64,000 bases of DNA. It comes from Lama glama. Its lineage: Eukaryota. The translations under genes and the position numbers were made by a program. Position 1 is the stretch's first letter; every line of letters begins with the position of its first letter. Below are positions 1-13,400 of the stretch, one piece after another. Under the pieces are notes generated by a model. That model was given only the letters and a program-made list of their open reading frames with translations. It did no database searches and was not told the DNA's origin. The stretch covers positions 22,508,001 through 22,572,000 of the forward strand of contig CM052832.1 of NCBI GenBank assembly GCA_028534125.1, read 5' to 3'.

Positions 1-269
1 AAGCACTCAGTAGTGGAGCAGGGCGAACGCACCCCGCATTCACAGGCGTCTTCGTCACCGCCTGGTTTCCGGGGCCCCTGAATGCCTTAGTTAAGGGAGG
101 GAAGAATGAGAAGGTGCTGATGATGGTGGGATATTGAAACGGGTGGAACTGAGTCAAAGCACGAATACAGGTTCACATCCACTGAAATTAACGTTTACAT
201 TTTCAGGTTCTCAATTGGATTTCACCGACATAGGTACGAGGTGATGAGAAAGAATGCTAGATTGAGGAT

Positions 270-900
270 TGTATCATTTGAGATGATTTCAGCTACTGAG
301 AACAGAACATTTATCTCAAATGACTTAAACCCTTCTTCCTCTAAGTCTGGGCTCCGGACTGCCGGCATCACCACCACCGTCACCTGGGAGCTTGACGGAA
401 TTGCAGAATCCACAGCCCCAGCCCAGACCTTCTTATTCAGAATCTGCATTTTAACAAGACACACAGGTTACTTGTATGCACATTATAGTTTGAGAAACAC
501 AGCCTTAAACAGAACTCTTCTTTTTTTTTTAATCTCAGCAAACAAGTGGACTAGAGGCAGGCAGTTCCAGGCTTGGTTAACTGTGCAACACAGTGATGTC
601 AGGAAGCGCCTGGTGGTTTTCCTTTTCCTGGTCTTCTCTGAGTGTTTCCTTCTATACTCAGGTGCATCTTTCTGTGGTCACAGATGACTCCTGGCCTCCC
701 CTTGCTCAGCTGGGTGAAGGCGTGGCAGAAAGGAAGCTTCCTCCTGCCACATATGCCTTCTGAACAGGAAAGGAACATTTTCCAGAAGCCACTTAGTAGA
801 TTTACCTTCATGTTATATGTCTCCTGTAATTGTCCAGAATTGCCATCACTTGCCCACCCCTAAACCGATCACTGGCAAAGGGATGAGGATAATGATGAAC
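270..900. mobile_element. MaLR (MLT1-like) LTR remnant, interrupted by a MER5-type insertion at 331-502
   Basis: gtatcatttgagatgatttcagctactgagaacagaac...ctcaaatgacttaaac resembles an MLT1 terminus. The sequence continues after 503 with aacaagtggactagaggcaggcagttccagg... in MLT1 style. Confidence 0.55.
331..502. mobile_element. MER5-family hAT-Charlie non-autonomous DNA transposon
   Basis: Diagnostic segments tcacctgggagctt...gcagaatc...tcagaatctgcattttaacaag...gtttgagaaacacag. The 8-bp TSD-like flanks acttaaac (323-330) and ccttaaac (503-510) match at 7/8. Confidence 0.75.
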
Positions 901-2029
901 ATTTAACCTCTGGGACTAGGTAGGGGCCGGGACTTCTTTGACACATGTGGCAAATAAATATATGAACAAAACGAGTTTCTGCAGCCTGGAAGCAATCAGA
1001 GTGGGCAGGAGAGACAGCTGGTGGGAAAAGCAACCGTGTGTGCTACCAGAACTGTTTTCAGGCTGGTCATGTATATTTTGGGACATTAGGAATTTCATCT
1101 TGAATATTTGTTTGAGAGTTAAGAAAGAACCCTCAGTGAGGGTTCCCTCCATGACTGAGCCAAGAGATCATGTCCTAGTGACATATGGCTTTGGGTAGTT
1201 TGTGCTACAGAAAGTTCGTGATAGTAGAACGATGCAGTTGTAAGGCTGAAAACGAGACAGCTAGAAGGACGTCTTAGGTCACTCAGCACAGAGCCTGTAT
1301 GCTGAGTAAATGAGCAGAAAGTCCAAAGGGCCAGGTGTCTTGGGACTGGGATGGTCTCCTTTTCTGTGCCGCCATCTTGATGGTGGTAGCTCATTCTTTC
1401 CGTTTGACATCTGGGTTTAAGGGAAGTACGTCACTTTTCCTTTCTGGGGAACATGAATGATTATGTAGAATGAATCACACAGAGGTCATTTTAAGACCAT
1501 CTAAGAGAAATAGGCTTCAATTAAGCAGGTCTTGGGATTCCAGATGCCACTAAACCATGAGACCCACCCCCCCTAAGGGCACGGTCTGTGTGATGTAGTA
1601 TGCAGCCACTTGGCAAGTGTTTGTGGAACAATTAATGGAGTGGATAAATGAACTACGTATAATTATGTCTTTCTTTAAAGAGAACTGTCATGTGACCTAC
1701 CCTCACCATTAGCATTCTTATTGAACTGACATTGCTTTTATTGGCTTACTCTGCGTGGGATGGAACCAGTGGATCCTGGGCGGGTACTTTCTCTTTCATA
1801 CTCTTAATTCTGAGGGTCTGAAAGAGAAAGGCAAACACAACAGTAGGCTGCATTAATAAATGGATCGTGCTTAGGTCAGGGGAGAAACAGTCCTCACATC
1901 ATCCTTTGTGTTGCTTCTGACCATGTTGTGACTGTTTTATTAGTTCCCAGCACCAGTTTTTAAGGAATCCATTGATTAACTGCATAATCATAGCAGTGAT
2001 AATGATGAAAAAAATTAGGGCCAGATGTT

Positions 2030-2205
2030 ATATTAAACACTTTAATATTTTTTCATTACATCATTACAAAATCCCTGTGAACTAGACATGTCAAGGTTGA
2101 GAAAACTGAAGCTCAGAGAAATTAATTCGCCTAAGGACGGCTACTTACCAGTGGAGCTGGGGTTTGAACACAGGACAATTTGACTCTAAAGTCCATGCCT
2201 TTAAC
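2030..2205 (-). mobile_element. MIR SINE
   Basis: Antisense MIR core: gagaaaactgaagctcagaga...ggagctggggtttgaacacagg...tgactctaaagtccatgcctttaac. Confidence 0.75.
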
Positions 2206-2224
2206 ACCATGATCACAGTTACTC

Positions 2225-2400
2225 TATTTAAGCATTTATTATATGCTAGGCATAGTTCTACACGTGTTATTTCTATCATTCTTACAAAAAGCCTAGAGGT
2301 GAGAAATATTTGTTATTCCACTTCACAGGTAAGTAAACTGAAGCTCAGGGAGGTTGAGTAACCTACCTGTCTCTGCACAGCTATCTCCGTAGCCCTGGAC
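2225..2400 (-). mobile_element. MIR SINE (second, tandem copy)
   Basis: agcatttattatatgctaggca...cacttcacaggtaagtaaactgaagctcagggaggttgagtaacct. Confidence 0.7.
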
Positions 2401-5021
2401 ATGGATATCGTATACTACATTGCTCAAGAGAGCAGAATTAGGATCTAGAAGAACTTTCTAAGAATTGGTCTGTGCCAACAATAGGCTTGTCTGCCTCAAC
2501 CACAAGGGAGCTGGGGAGAGAGAACGAACATCACTGTCAGGGAAGCGTAGCTGAATCTTCTGCAGGTAATTAGAGGTAGGTTTGGGTCATTTCTAAAGTC
2601 TTTTTCAAGAATAGGGTTCTGTAAATTGCCTAAATTTTTTTTTAGGCAATTTTATTTTCAGTATGGGGTCATTCACTTGATTGGAAGTGTATACTTTGCA
2701 AGGGAAAGAAATAGGTAGAAAAAGGAGACTCTGGCTTTGATCTTCATGTCCGTTGCTCTCCCGTACTCCTACCCCACCTTGGGCGCTTACACCCAAGCCC
2801 CTACACTTGCAGTTTGCTGTAGGTGACACTGTTTTCCACACCGGGTAAGTCAGGTTCCATACTTTCCCTTGTCCATAAGAGTTGGATCAGGGTTTAGATA
2901 TATTTACCGCCTCCCGCAAACACCAACATCTGATCATCTAAAAGCCTGTGTCTTAAAGTTGTGAGCAATGGTTAAAGTTGCCATCAGTTCAAAGCTTAGA
3001 TAACATTTCACCGCAGAAAGTAGCTGCTTAAATTTTGAGGCATGAAGATGGTAGTCAATGGAAGCTCTGATTGGTTTTGAGAAATGGATACAAATTAAAT
3101 GTTTGCCCAGAGAAACATTTTCAAATGTCCTGGTCCAGTTGGGCTCCATTCTGGGGACGGACGCTTCAGTAACTTGAACCCTTACTCAGTCAAGTAATCC
3201 TGTCTTTGAAACAATGGGCTGGGGCTCAGAAGGCAAGCTTCTCAGGCTAACGTTGGGCACTTTCTCTTTTCTCTCTTTGCCTTTATATCCTCTGTCTTTG
3301 TCCTGCACTCTCCTTGCTTTTGTTGTCCATCTTTTCACTTTGAAAACCACTGATTTCGAAAATGCATCTGTAGCTGTTCACTTTGCATGTATCTGATTTT
3401 ATGGGTTTGTGGAGCTCCTGAAATTAAATTAATTTTAAATGGGTTTTAATTACTAATGCTTTGGGCCATTGCCTTTAGCAAAGTCAACAAAACAATCAGG
3501 GTTACCTTTGTCTCTTTGAGGAATGTGCTCATCCATTTGGGCTCTTGCTAAACAGAGCAGCTTTCTAACTAGAAAAAAATAAATTAAATAAAACCACGTC
3601 TATATTTGAAGGTCTGAATTTAGTTCTGTCTCATAAACAGCCACCTTTGATTTAAGGAATAGGATTTTAAAGGTGCACAAAAGAATTTTTGTTTGTCAAT
3701 AATATCTCGTTATTTTTCAAAGGTCGTGAAGGTCCTGGTCGTAATGTTATGCGATGTAAATGCCAAAGCAGAGGCTAAATTATGACTTGAAGATACGAAT
3801 TCTGTTCTTAGCCCCACACAGAGTGCTTCATATGTGACATTAGAAAAATCGGGTCACTTCTTAATACAGTGTCCCCTTGTAAATTAAGGGTAATCAACTC
3901 CTGGCTGAAAAGTGAAGGGATAATGAGATAATGTTTGAAATGGCTTTTAAGTGTCCACTTATAGAGGTTGAAGGTGACAAAAGAACACAGCAACGTCCGT
4001 GAGCCGCCCCTACCCCCCAGGAGGGAAGGCTACTCACGCCGTTCCCACTGGAACATTCTGTTCAATCAAGGGCCATCACTTGAGTGGTTGGATAATATTA
4101 AGCTTAGATTGACTGCAGATAAAAATGAGAAAGGTTGATTAAGTCATTTAGTCCCTTGACAATTTGCAAACCAAGCGATTTCTATGAGGACCAGTCTTAA
4201 ACACTGCAGCACACAGTCCAGTCAAATCACCAAGGTTCTGGGCTCCAACTATCCCCCAGAAAAGACTGCAAGATTTCTACTCTTTTCTCTAAAAATTAAT
4301 ATCAAATCGCCTTCATCTAAATGTATGCTATTATCATCCATGATTCCCAAGCAGTCTCTAATACCTCTTTCATCCCTCTTAGCTGAAAAGGTGCTAAAAT
4401 ACATCCAGGGAAGAGAAGCACCCATGGTTACCAGCTGGTTAATTCATTAATCAGTTAAATTCATTGTATAATTTGACAGATAGAAGAATCTTTCTAAGTG
4501 GAGTATTAAATCTCTATCTCAATGTCCAAATACATGAATATAGAAGATAATTAGAAAGGGAACAGTGATCTAAAATAAAGATTCCAAATACAAACATCCT
4601 GGGACGAGTTCAGAAAGAGAAAATGATTTTTCCCCCTCTAGTTTCTCTCTAGAATTGACTTCCCCCTCATATTTAAAGCAGCTTCCAATCGTTCTGTTTA
4701 AATCATACAGCATATCTAAATGTGCCAAGCCAAATAAATATACAAGTCATTTATCAATAGCAACAGTATATTATCTGTGTCTAATGTTTCACAGCTTCCA
4801 AAGTATTTACACTCACTCTTTTTAATAATATCTGCTTATTTTTCTCAAGGTTCTAAAAATAATCCACATGATTGTTTCACCTTTATAATAGAATCATCTT
4901 TCATTCATGGGGTACTTGTTTGGTTCACGTGTCTTTGAAAACGAAGTTCAGATTCCAGGGTTTTGCATAAACACTGCCACAGGCAGGCATACATAGAGGG
5001 GTGTGAGTGTGCTCCCACGTG

Positions 5022-5050
<29 letters not shown>
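5022..5050. repeat. (CA)n microsatellite, followed by a short (TC)n
   Basis: Directly visible CA run of about 14 units; (TC)n at about 5064-5078. Confidence 0.95.
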
Positions 5051-5052
<2 letters not shown>

Positions 5053-5574
5053 CCTCCCTTTCACTCTCTCTCTCTCTCTGCCTCTTTATCTTTGTCTTGG
5101 CTGGTATTCCTGGTCAGAAATTACCTTTCTTTCAAATCCCCTTTGATAACTCAGATTATGTGTGATTACTTTCAATGGCTTCCCACCATGAAGGAGTTTT
5201 CTTTAAAGGCAAAGAGGCTGGATAGAAAAAAAAAAAATAGAGGAAGGGAAAAAAAAAACTTTGAAGAAGAAAACATAGTTGGGTAAAAGAGGGAAAAGCA
5301 AATGACATCTCTTTTAGTTACATGGGTGTTTCCCAAACTTGTGCTTTTCTGTACTATATAGAACTTAAGTTCCATGTGACTTTGGTAGCCGTCAGAGGAG
5401 GCATCAAAGGACAAAGAGAAATGGTTGTGGAAACAGAGGTATCCGCTTAGGGCAAAGTCTTAGGAGACAAGGAAAGAAATGACTTTTAAGAAAACAGATA
5501 CAGCCAGTATTGGACCCTGTACTAAGCACAGGCTGGCAGGCAGAAAGCACTTCATAGGTTGTTTTTCCCCACTC

Positions 5575-6250
5575 ATTCATGAATTCATCTAATCTTTCAT
5601 TCATTCATTCATCCCCACAAATCTGCACGTGTGGCTAAGGACCAGGTCCTCATCACATAGACGTGAACAAAAGGAACACTGTCTCTGCTCCATCTCAAAG
5701 CTTATGTTCTTGTATAATATATATATTCTTGTATTCAAAACGAAAACATAGTGCAGTATCAGGTAGCAATAAAAGCTACGAAAATGGCAAAGCAAGTGAA
5801 GGAAATAGACCAGGGTGGGGTGCTGCTCTGGGAAGGGCAGGCAGGGAAACCTCTCTGATGGGGGATATTTCTATGGAGAACAGAATGAAGCGGGACATGA
5901 GATATCAGCAGTCGTGATGATTGATGCGATGATGATGACGACTTGAAGAGGATGGTGTGAATGGTACCAAGCAATGAGAGCGTTATAAGAAGGAGAAAGT
6001 GGTCAACACTTCAAAGGCAAGGAGATGTCAAAATTGAAGACAGGAAAGCATTCACTGGGCTGTTTGGTTGGACCATTAGAGAGGTTAGTGGTCCTAAAGA
6101 GAACAGTTGCAGTGACTTGTTTGGAAGATAAATAAACTGCAGATGTTTAAGGAGTCAGAGGGTATTGGAAATAGATGAGATGAGATATTTTGAAAAAGTT
6201 TAGCAATGAAGGAAAGAGTGACTAGGGGAGTGGCTAGACATAAAATGATA
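5575..6250 (-). mobile_element. L2 LINE remnant (antisense; 3' end at the left with a (TTCA)n tail)
   Basis: cattcattcattcat tail, then gtgaacaaaaggaacactgtctctgctc...cttatgttcttgt and later L2-like gaagacaggaaagcattcactgg...ttgaaaaagtttagcaatgaaggaaag. Confidence 0.65.
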
Positions 6251-6289
6251 GAAAGCTAGTTTTTCGTGTGTGTTTTCTCCCACCTGGGC

Positions 6290-6512
6290 CGGGGTTTCTT
6301 AACCTTGGCACCATGGACATTTGAAGCCAGATAATTTGTTGTTGTGAGAGTGGCGAGGGGACTGCCTGGTGCTTTGTAGGATGTTCAACAGTGTCCCTGG
6401 CCTCTCCCTACTAGACGCCAGTAGCATCCCCTCCACCCAGACAACCAAAACTGTCTCTAGACATTGCTAAATGTCCCCTGGAAGTTAAGTCACCCCCAGT
6501 TGAGATGAAATG
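6290..6512. mobile_element. MER20 hAT-Charlie element, near full length
   Basis: Termini cggggtttcttaaccttggcac and cccccagttgaga. Internal diagnostics ctggcctctccctactagacgccagtagca and gacaaccaaaactgtctctagacattgc. Confidence 0.85.
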
Positions 6513-9500
6513 CTCTAGACTGAGGTTAGAAATGACACAGAGAAAGACCCTGTGGAAAGAGAGAGAGAAAAGATACTGAAAAGGGAGGGTCTCACTGTGA
6601 GAAGCCACAGGCAGGAAGTTCAGCCTGTTTCCCCTGCAAGTGAGAAAAAAGCAGAACTGTAAGGACTGTTAGTGGACACTGTGCTTTACGAGTGGAGGGA
6701 CAAATGTTGTCACTCCGAATTAAGAAGGGAGCATCCAAGCTGAAAATTAAAAAAGAAAAAATACATTTGCTGTAACATTTGGAAACCAGCATGCAAACTT
6801 GCAAGGAAAATCAGCATTATTGAAAAAGAGAAACCATCAGATATCGTTTTATGTGTTAGTAGAATTAAGACAAATGAGCCCATAGTTTGAGTTGGAGAGC
6901 TGATCACGTGGTTCACAGATTGCCCCTTATCCTGGGAAGTCCTCAACTTGGGATTGAAGACAGATGTTTCTGATGTGACTCATGTATTTTTACCACTTTC
7001 TCATGGGCATGGGTTGAGTTTATTCCTTTCTGTCTCCTGGTGATGTCAGTGTCTTGTTTACACAGGGTGAGCCTGCCTAAGTCAAAGCTAGCCTTAAGTC
7101 GTGTGACGCACGGTAAAAATACAGAGGAGGGTTTCTCTTTAGATAGAATACAGTTGCAAGCTATAAGGGAATGGACTTGATTTTGGGGTTGAGTACATGA
7201 ACTTTAGATATTTGGGGATGTTCTAGAAGAACAGAATTTCAGAGCAGAGAAAGATTTTCCCAACTACCCCTACAAACATTTTATGATTTCTCAAGTTGGT
7301 ATTTCAAGGACTGCACATTCAAAATAAACAAGTTGTGTCTCTCCTTGGGAGAGAACAAATATGAACATACTACGTGGCAATTAAGTATTTTTCCCTCTAA
7401 ATTAAAATCAAATGTTAATCTCCACCTGAAAAGACAACGGGCATTTATTGAAAACACGCTATGTTAGGGAGAACTATTGTAGTTATTTTATGATGTGATT
7501 TCCTTGAAGCCTCATGACAATTTAGTGAGCCAGGTATATTATTCCCATGGGCAAGCAAGAAACATGACAAATCATGCAGGAAATCATACCACAAAACCTA
7601 ACAGAAACAGCTGTTTTATGTCCAAAGTTGATCTTTGGACAGCCCTCCGCAATGATTTTTACCAGTCTCTGATGAGATCTCAACTTCTTTTTAATAGTAA
7701 ATACAGAAATTGAACGACTTTTGGACAGATATTCAGGCATTTTATTTCGTTCAGCCTGTCTCTATCCAGTAGAGTTGAGTTAGCAGATGCGATTTGGGTT
7801 CCCCATGTCATGTCTAGCAGGATACCCTTCAGCCTCTCCTGGCAGACCTCTCCAGCAGCACGCTCTGGAAAATGATCCACTGAGGGTCAGATCCGATGTC
7901 ATGAAGTGGTAGTGTTCTTTGAGATTTAAATTAAGGACTTGGGTTTGGCTATTGGCTCCCATCTGAGGAGATAGTTTATGATCTTTTAATTGAGTAAAGG
8001 TTTCGTAAGCAAGCTTATTGGGTTGTGAGATTTGTTGGAATTTCTTACATCCAGAAGAAAAAAAAAACTCACAAAATTATTAATTTCTCATAAGTAACTT
8101 ATTTCTGTTACAAGGATCCTCTCCTTGAATGAGTAGTTCTGGTCTAATCTATACATTTTCTTAACTTTCATGGTAACTGTTACTGTGTACTTGTTATATT
8201 ATGTGTATACATAATATATAAATCTTCTGCTCCAAAGCATAATGTATACATCTTCTGCTCCAAATGTTTGTTTGCTTTTTTTTTTTTTTCATTTGTCTCT
8301 TAAGAGCCCAAATAACCCATAATAGCTTGCAGAGTATATTTAGCCCCAGGAAAAAAAAGGGATCTCTGATAAGCTTCACTTCTCCCAAACATTATAAAGG
8401 GATACACTGAAGTGACTTGAAAAAAAAAGAAAAAAAGAAAGAAAGAAATACGTGGATGTAAGCTTCAGGATATTCAGTGGAAAAGCATCCCGTGAGTCTC
8501 TAATCCAGCATCTCACCCAACTGAACAAGGGATCTCTTCCCAATGTGCTGGCAAACGAAGTGATTTGGAAGACACAGTTGGGTGGGCCAGTGGGAAAGAT
8601 GGATGAGTGGCCTCTGTGTCTGTGAGGTGGTCAGCGAGAGAGGCAAGTCCCTCCCCCCTCTCCCATGGCTGTATGTGCCACTCTTCCTCTATACAAAGAC
8701 AATTTGCTTTTCATGTAGTAATGAAGAACAATGTTTAACAGACAAAGGAGCTTCTAGTTTATTATTGTGCTGTCTTTGACTAGAGCTCGGTGCTGGGAAA
8801 AATGGTAATTCACAGTGTGAAAGCTTCTTTTCCAGCCTTACGGGTTATGGCTGAGCATGTACGTTGTATATTGCAGATGCTTCAACAGTGAACACTGTGA
8901 GAATGAGGAAAGAATGAATTACAGCTCCCCCCCCCCTTTCTAGCCAAGAAACCAGGAATTTCTTCACAGTGATTTTTATTTATGTCTGTGAGCGTATGGG
9001 TTATTCCTAAGCCATACACACTGCTGGGTTCTGATCAATGATTTTAGGTTTTAGTGTTTTTAAATTAATGTATAACATCTACCACGATGCTCTCAGAACA
9101 CCTGTGTTCTCCAGCTTTTTCCCCCAGTAAACTGATACAAGGCACAGGGGGTGGCTCATTAACTTATTTCATGCAAATAAAAACATATTGCATGATTTCT
9201 TCTCCTTAACTGTATAATCACTGAAACACGATCGTGCTGATTAAGGAAACAAACTTTGGGAGGGGAGCATTCAGTGTCTTTTGTTGGCTCTCTTATGCTG
9301 AAGGGATTTGCAGTCCTTGCATGTCTGATTTAAATGGAAAAATAGTGGGTAGGTCTCCTTCCTATGTAAGAAATCTATTTTCCTCTAGTTTTTTTTTATG
9401 TATGTCACAGGACCCTCAATGATGTAGAATTGGAGACACAGAATTGTACAAAAGGGAAGACCACATTTCCCCTAGAAGTAGAGGAACTGGAAGCCCAAAT

Positions 9501-10559
9501 GAGGAGCCATCTCAGATACGCATGCTTAGATGTTCTGATTCAGAATTCAGATGTTCTTATTGATGATTTCCAGAATGTGGCATTGATTTGCTTTGGAAAC
9601 AAGGATGGAAAAATAGTGAACGTGTAGTGGAATGCTTTTAGAGTTCTAAAATCATACTGGAAAATGTCCGAGCATTCCAACCCAACTATAAACAGTACCA
9701 CGCTGTATTTACAGGGGGTGGCAAGTGTGTTCTTCAAAAGTCTTTTGCAGTATTATTTCTGTTTTTAATTTATTGAATCAAAGCCAGATTTATTCAATTA
9801 AGATAATACACTTCAAGGTTAACTGCCATTTGCTGTTCATTTAGGCAAGCTATTGTACAGTTATGTAAATTTCATGAACAGAGACACTACTTGAGTGTCT
9901 TAATTACAAGCAAAAAGTGTCATTTAAATATGAATTAAATGAATAGTTGTCAGTATTTCCTGTTCCTGTATTTTCTAGCTTCTTAAAAAATCTAAGGGCT
10001 CCCCAATGATCTGTACTATGTCCTAAGATTCTTCTTTTTCTTGTGAAAGAAAAACACTACTGCTACTAAATATTTTTAAAAGTAGGAAAACATGCAAAAA
10101 TGCCATTATCTCATTGATCATGAATCAGAGCAGTATCTGAATAAGAGGGTGACAGTTTTTTTCCAGTTAGCCACTGACAGTCGCTTTCACATTGTTACTG
10201 AAATTAAAAAAAAAGAAAGAAAGAATTCCATCTTATACTAGGGGGATAATTTACTATGTATGTCATTTGCTCAAATTCACCCTCCATGTGAATTCATGTG
10301 TTTCAAAATACCCTCTTTTAAATCTACCCATTTGTAGTGCATCCAAATTCAGTTTTCAGACTCAAACCCTGGGATGAGCATCGTTTTTCTACTTTTTATC
10401 TTTGTTGAAAGAAACCCTTCTCTTAAACGCAGACGGCCCACAACTGTAGATGTGTTTAGCCAGAGTGACCCGTGACCTGCTGCTCTGCTGGTTTCTGTGA
10501 AATGCTTCCCCACGCATCCGGGACTCCCTGACACATACTGTTTGTGTTTGTCGCTGTAA

Positions 10560-11200
10560 TTTTGGGTAGTTCTTGAGTATGAAAACGATCTAAGGACAAA
10601 TCTGGCGTTAATCACGAGGGAAGGGCAGGATTCACAATTCGTTCATGAAAACCACACGTCGGTTCTGTGCAGTCGGTTCCCAGCTCCTGCCCGGAGCCGC
10701 GAGGCTGCAGCCTGGGAAGACACTCCCCGTGGCCCCCCAAGGTAGCTCTTGCCCGCTCCCCCGGGAGTGAGAAGTTCACTATTCACTCGGCGCTTGCATC
10801 ATCCTCTCCAGCATGTTCCCACTGATACATTAAAGGAATTAATTGCTCATAATGATCTCACCATCTGTTAACAGAGGTTCATACCTACAGGCTGGTGGCA
10901 TGCGGTGGTTCTATTCAGGGATCAATGGGCAGTGCCGGGCGGACGCTTTCCCACATCGCCTGCCTCCGCGCGCCGAGAGGGGGAGGAGAGCTCGGTGCTG
11001 GCCATCTGCTCCTTGTCTTTCTGTGCGAGACCGTGATGCGGTCCAGCCCAGCTCTGATCTGACTCCAGTCCGATTGGAATGTGGCTGATCTGAGAGCCTC
11101 TCAAAGCTGTGAAAGTGAGTCAAAAGGAGATGCCCATTGTCCGGCGGGGCTGAAAGAAAATGATCACTTTAAAATTCATAACTCCCAGGTGCCTGCCATC
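10560..11200. promoter_or_regulatory. CpG-enriched, repeat-free candidate enhancer
   Basis: Local CpG retention, AP-1 TGAGTCA at 11116-11122, CATCTG E-boxes at about 10863 and 11003, and SOX-like CATTGT at about 11135. Confidence 0.45.
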
Positions 11201-13039
11201 TATTCATGGGAAAAAACCCTCTGAACTTCTCTTCATTAAAGGGAGAGAGGGGAGTCTTGCTAAAAAGAGAGAAAAGGAAGTAGTTTGTGGGAATGTGCAG
11301 GGGATTTTCAGGCCAGACAAATGAGGAATTCGGAATTTTTTCACTTGTATCAAAAGGGCTGTGTAGGGTAGGGGAAGCTCTTATTAAAAAAAAAGGGGGG
11401 GGAGGGGGATCCCTTACTGGGGCACCGTTGTGACTAATAAAGAATATTTTAATTTTTCTCCTGGAGAATTCCAAGATTATCCTGCCCTTCTACTTTTATT
11501 ACCTGCAGCTGAGAAAAAAAAATTGCTTTTGATTCTGGAGATTCTTACTCAATTTCCATTCTTATTCCACTGGGGTGCAGTTTAGGTGGGAACTTAGGGA
11601 AGAATGAGAGCCTGGGAAATTCCTGAATATTGTACAGGATGCCAGTGGCCACAAGGAGACTCAAATCTCTCAGGTAGAAAGACACTCCTCTTCTAAGGAG
11701 TTTAATTCAGCAGGGTTACCTGTACTGACCAAGCCATCTGTCAGGAGCAGAGAGCTCTCTGAGCCTTAATCAACGGAAGAGCCATGAATAAACAGTAAAG
11801 AAATTAAAAAAAAAATTCTCTGTGCCTAGGCAACTGAATTCACATTCACCTAAGTTCCAGAATTGCAGGGACCACAGGACTGGTGGATCTACTCTTGGCT
11901 ATTGGCCATTGTAGAAAATTGATGTTGCATTGGAGCCACATGGGAATTCAAAGAGGATTTATGAACTGAGGGCCAAATGGACGTGCAGAGAGACCTAAGT
12001 TTTGTCTCTTGAAAATCTTTTATCTTGCAGGTGTTGACTTAAGACCCATAAGGCTAAGTGACATGCTCAAAGTCACATTTAGTCGTAGAATCTGGGCTAC
12101 GACCTCACCTGACTGGCTACAACCTTACCTGACTGGCAGTTTTCTTTCCACTGCTTCATGCTGCCTCCCTGAATGGGGACAATTTAAAATTATTTTTTTC
12201 TCAGCTTTCCCTAATTAAAATATAGATCCATCTTGCCAACCTAAATCATTTAATAGTTTCTTTTAAAATAAGTGCTGAGCTCTTAAGAAGATTATGAATA
12301 CCAGTATGCATCACTAATACATACAGAATAGAACATGCATCAAAGTCAGGCCCTGATATCATGGAAAGTATTGCAACAGATGGTAGAACCTCCAGTGAAA
12401 CAAGGTAGTGAAGTCTAGTTCTCCAGGACATCGATAATCAAATAAAGGAGGAAGGAGGAAAGATAAGACTTGGCAATCATTTATGCAGAGTCAAAAAAAT
12501 CACTCCCTTGCCAAGCAGGGAGTCCAAAGGAGTTGAATGGTGGAAAGGAGACAGAAAGAAACCAAACTTCTGGAATGGAGAGAAGGTATTTCTGATAGAT
12601 TCTGTGTTGCTTTCTTAACAAAAAAAGAGGTCACCACCTTAACCGTATTTTCTTCTAGAAATTTAGATTCAGTATATGAAGAATCTTTGTTTTGCTTGAC
12701 TTCCTCTGTGGGAACGTATCTTTAATTTCCAGTGCAGTGGACGGGAACGTAAGGTTCTCTGAACAGAATTGTGATACATTGTTTTTATAATAGATTGAAG
12801 TGGGAAGAAGTAATCAAGGTCACTAATCCAATTTGATTCTTAAATTATTAAATTGTCTGATTCTATAGCTTATGTAGATAAAGTTAGAATTGGTGAAATA
12901 TGAGTTGGGGGGGAAAAAAAACCCTGTGACTAGTACAAGTGGACTGAGAATGGGGATGGAGATTAACAGAAGCCAAAAAAGAATGGCTAACATTTCTCGA
13001 ATATTTCAGCTTCAGCCCAGAGCTCTCAGGAGAACCCAG

Positions 13040-13400
13040 AGATTATTCCAGAAAAAGTAAAAAATATAGGTAAACCAATAGGAGAAATGAATTAAAAGTT
13101 ACACATAACCCCCTCCTACCAGGGAAAAACTGTTGCCAACTCTTTAGAGTGTGTATTAAACAACAAAATGAAATTGTATTATTCATAGTAGCTTGCATAG
13201 TATTTAAGTTAAAATGTGAAATTATAGATATTTGACCATTTTAGACCTACCCCCCCAAACTAATTTACTTATGGGTCAACTTAAAAGCATTTTACTCACT
13301 GACATATTGTGCACTTCTTTCCTTTTCAATAAATAGGCAACTAAACCCATTTTTAATGAATTCATATATGCTTTAGGAGCTATTTGAGTAAGTGTTCTCT
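13040..13400 (-). mobile_element. Possible old L1 (L1ME-like) 3' fragment
   Basis: aaaatataggtaaaccaataggagaaa...ataaccccctcctaccagggaaaaactgttgccaac resembles the antisense 3' end of L1ME. Confidence 0.35.

Noticed and set aside
241..687. 148-aa ORF
   Set aside because: Runs across MLT1/MER5 remnants; no protein family similarity
8222..8264. 15-bp direct repeat atcttctgctccaaa separated by a spacer (similar cases at about 45098-45140 and 29721-29749)
   Set aside because: Only two copies; ordinary microduplications, not a CRISPR-like array
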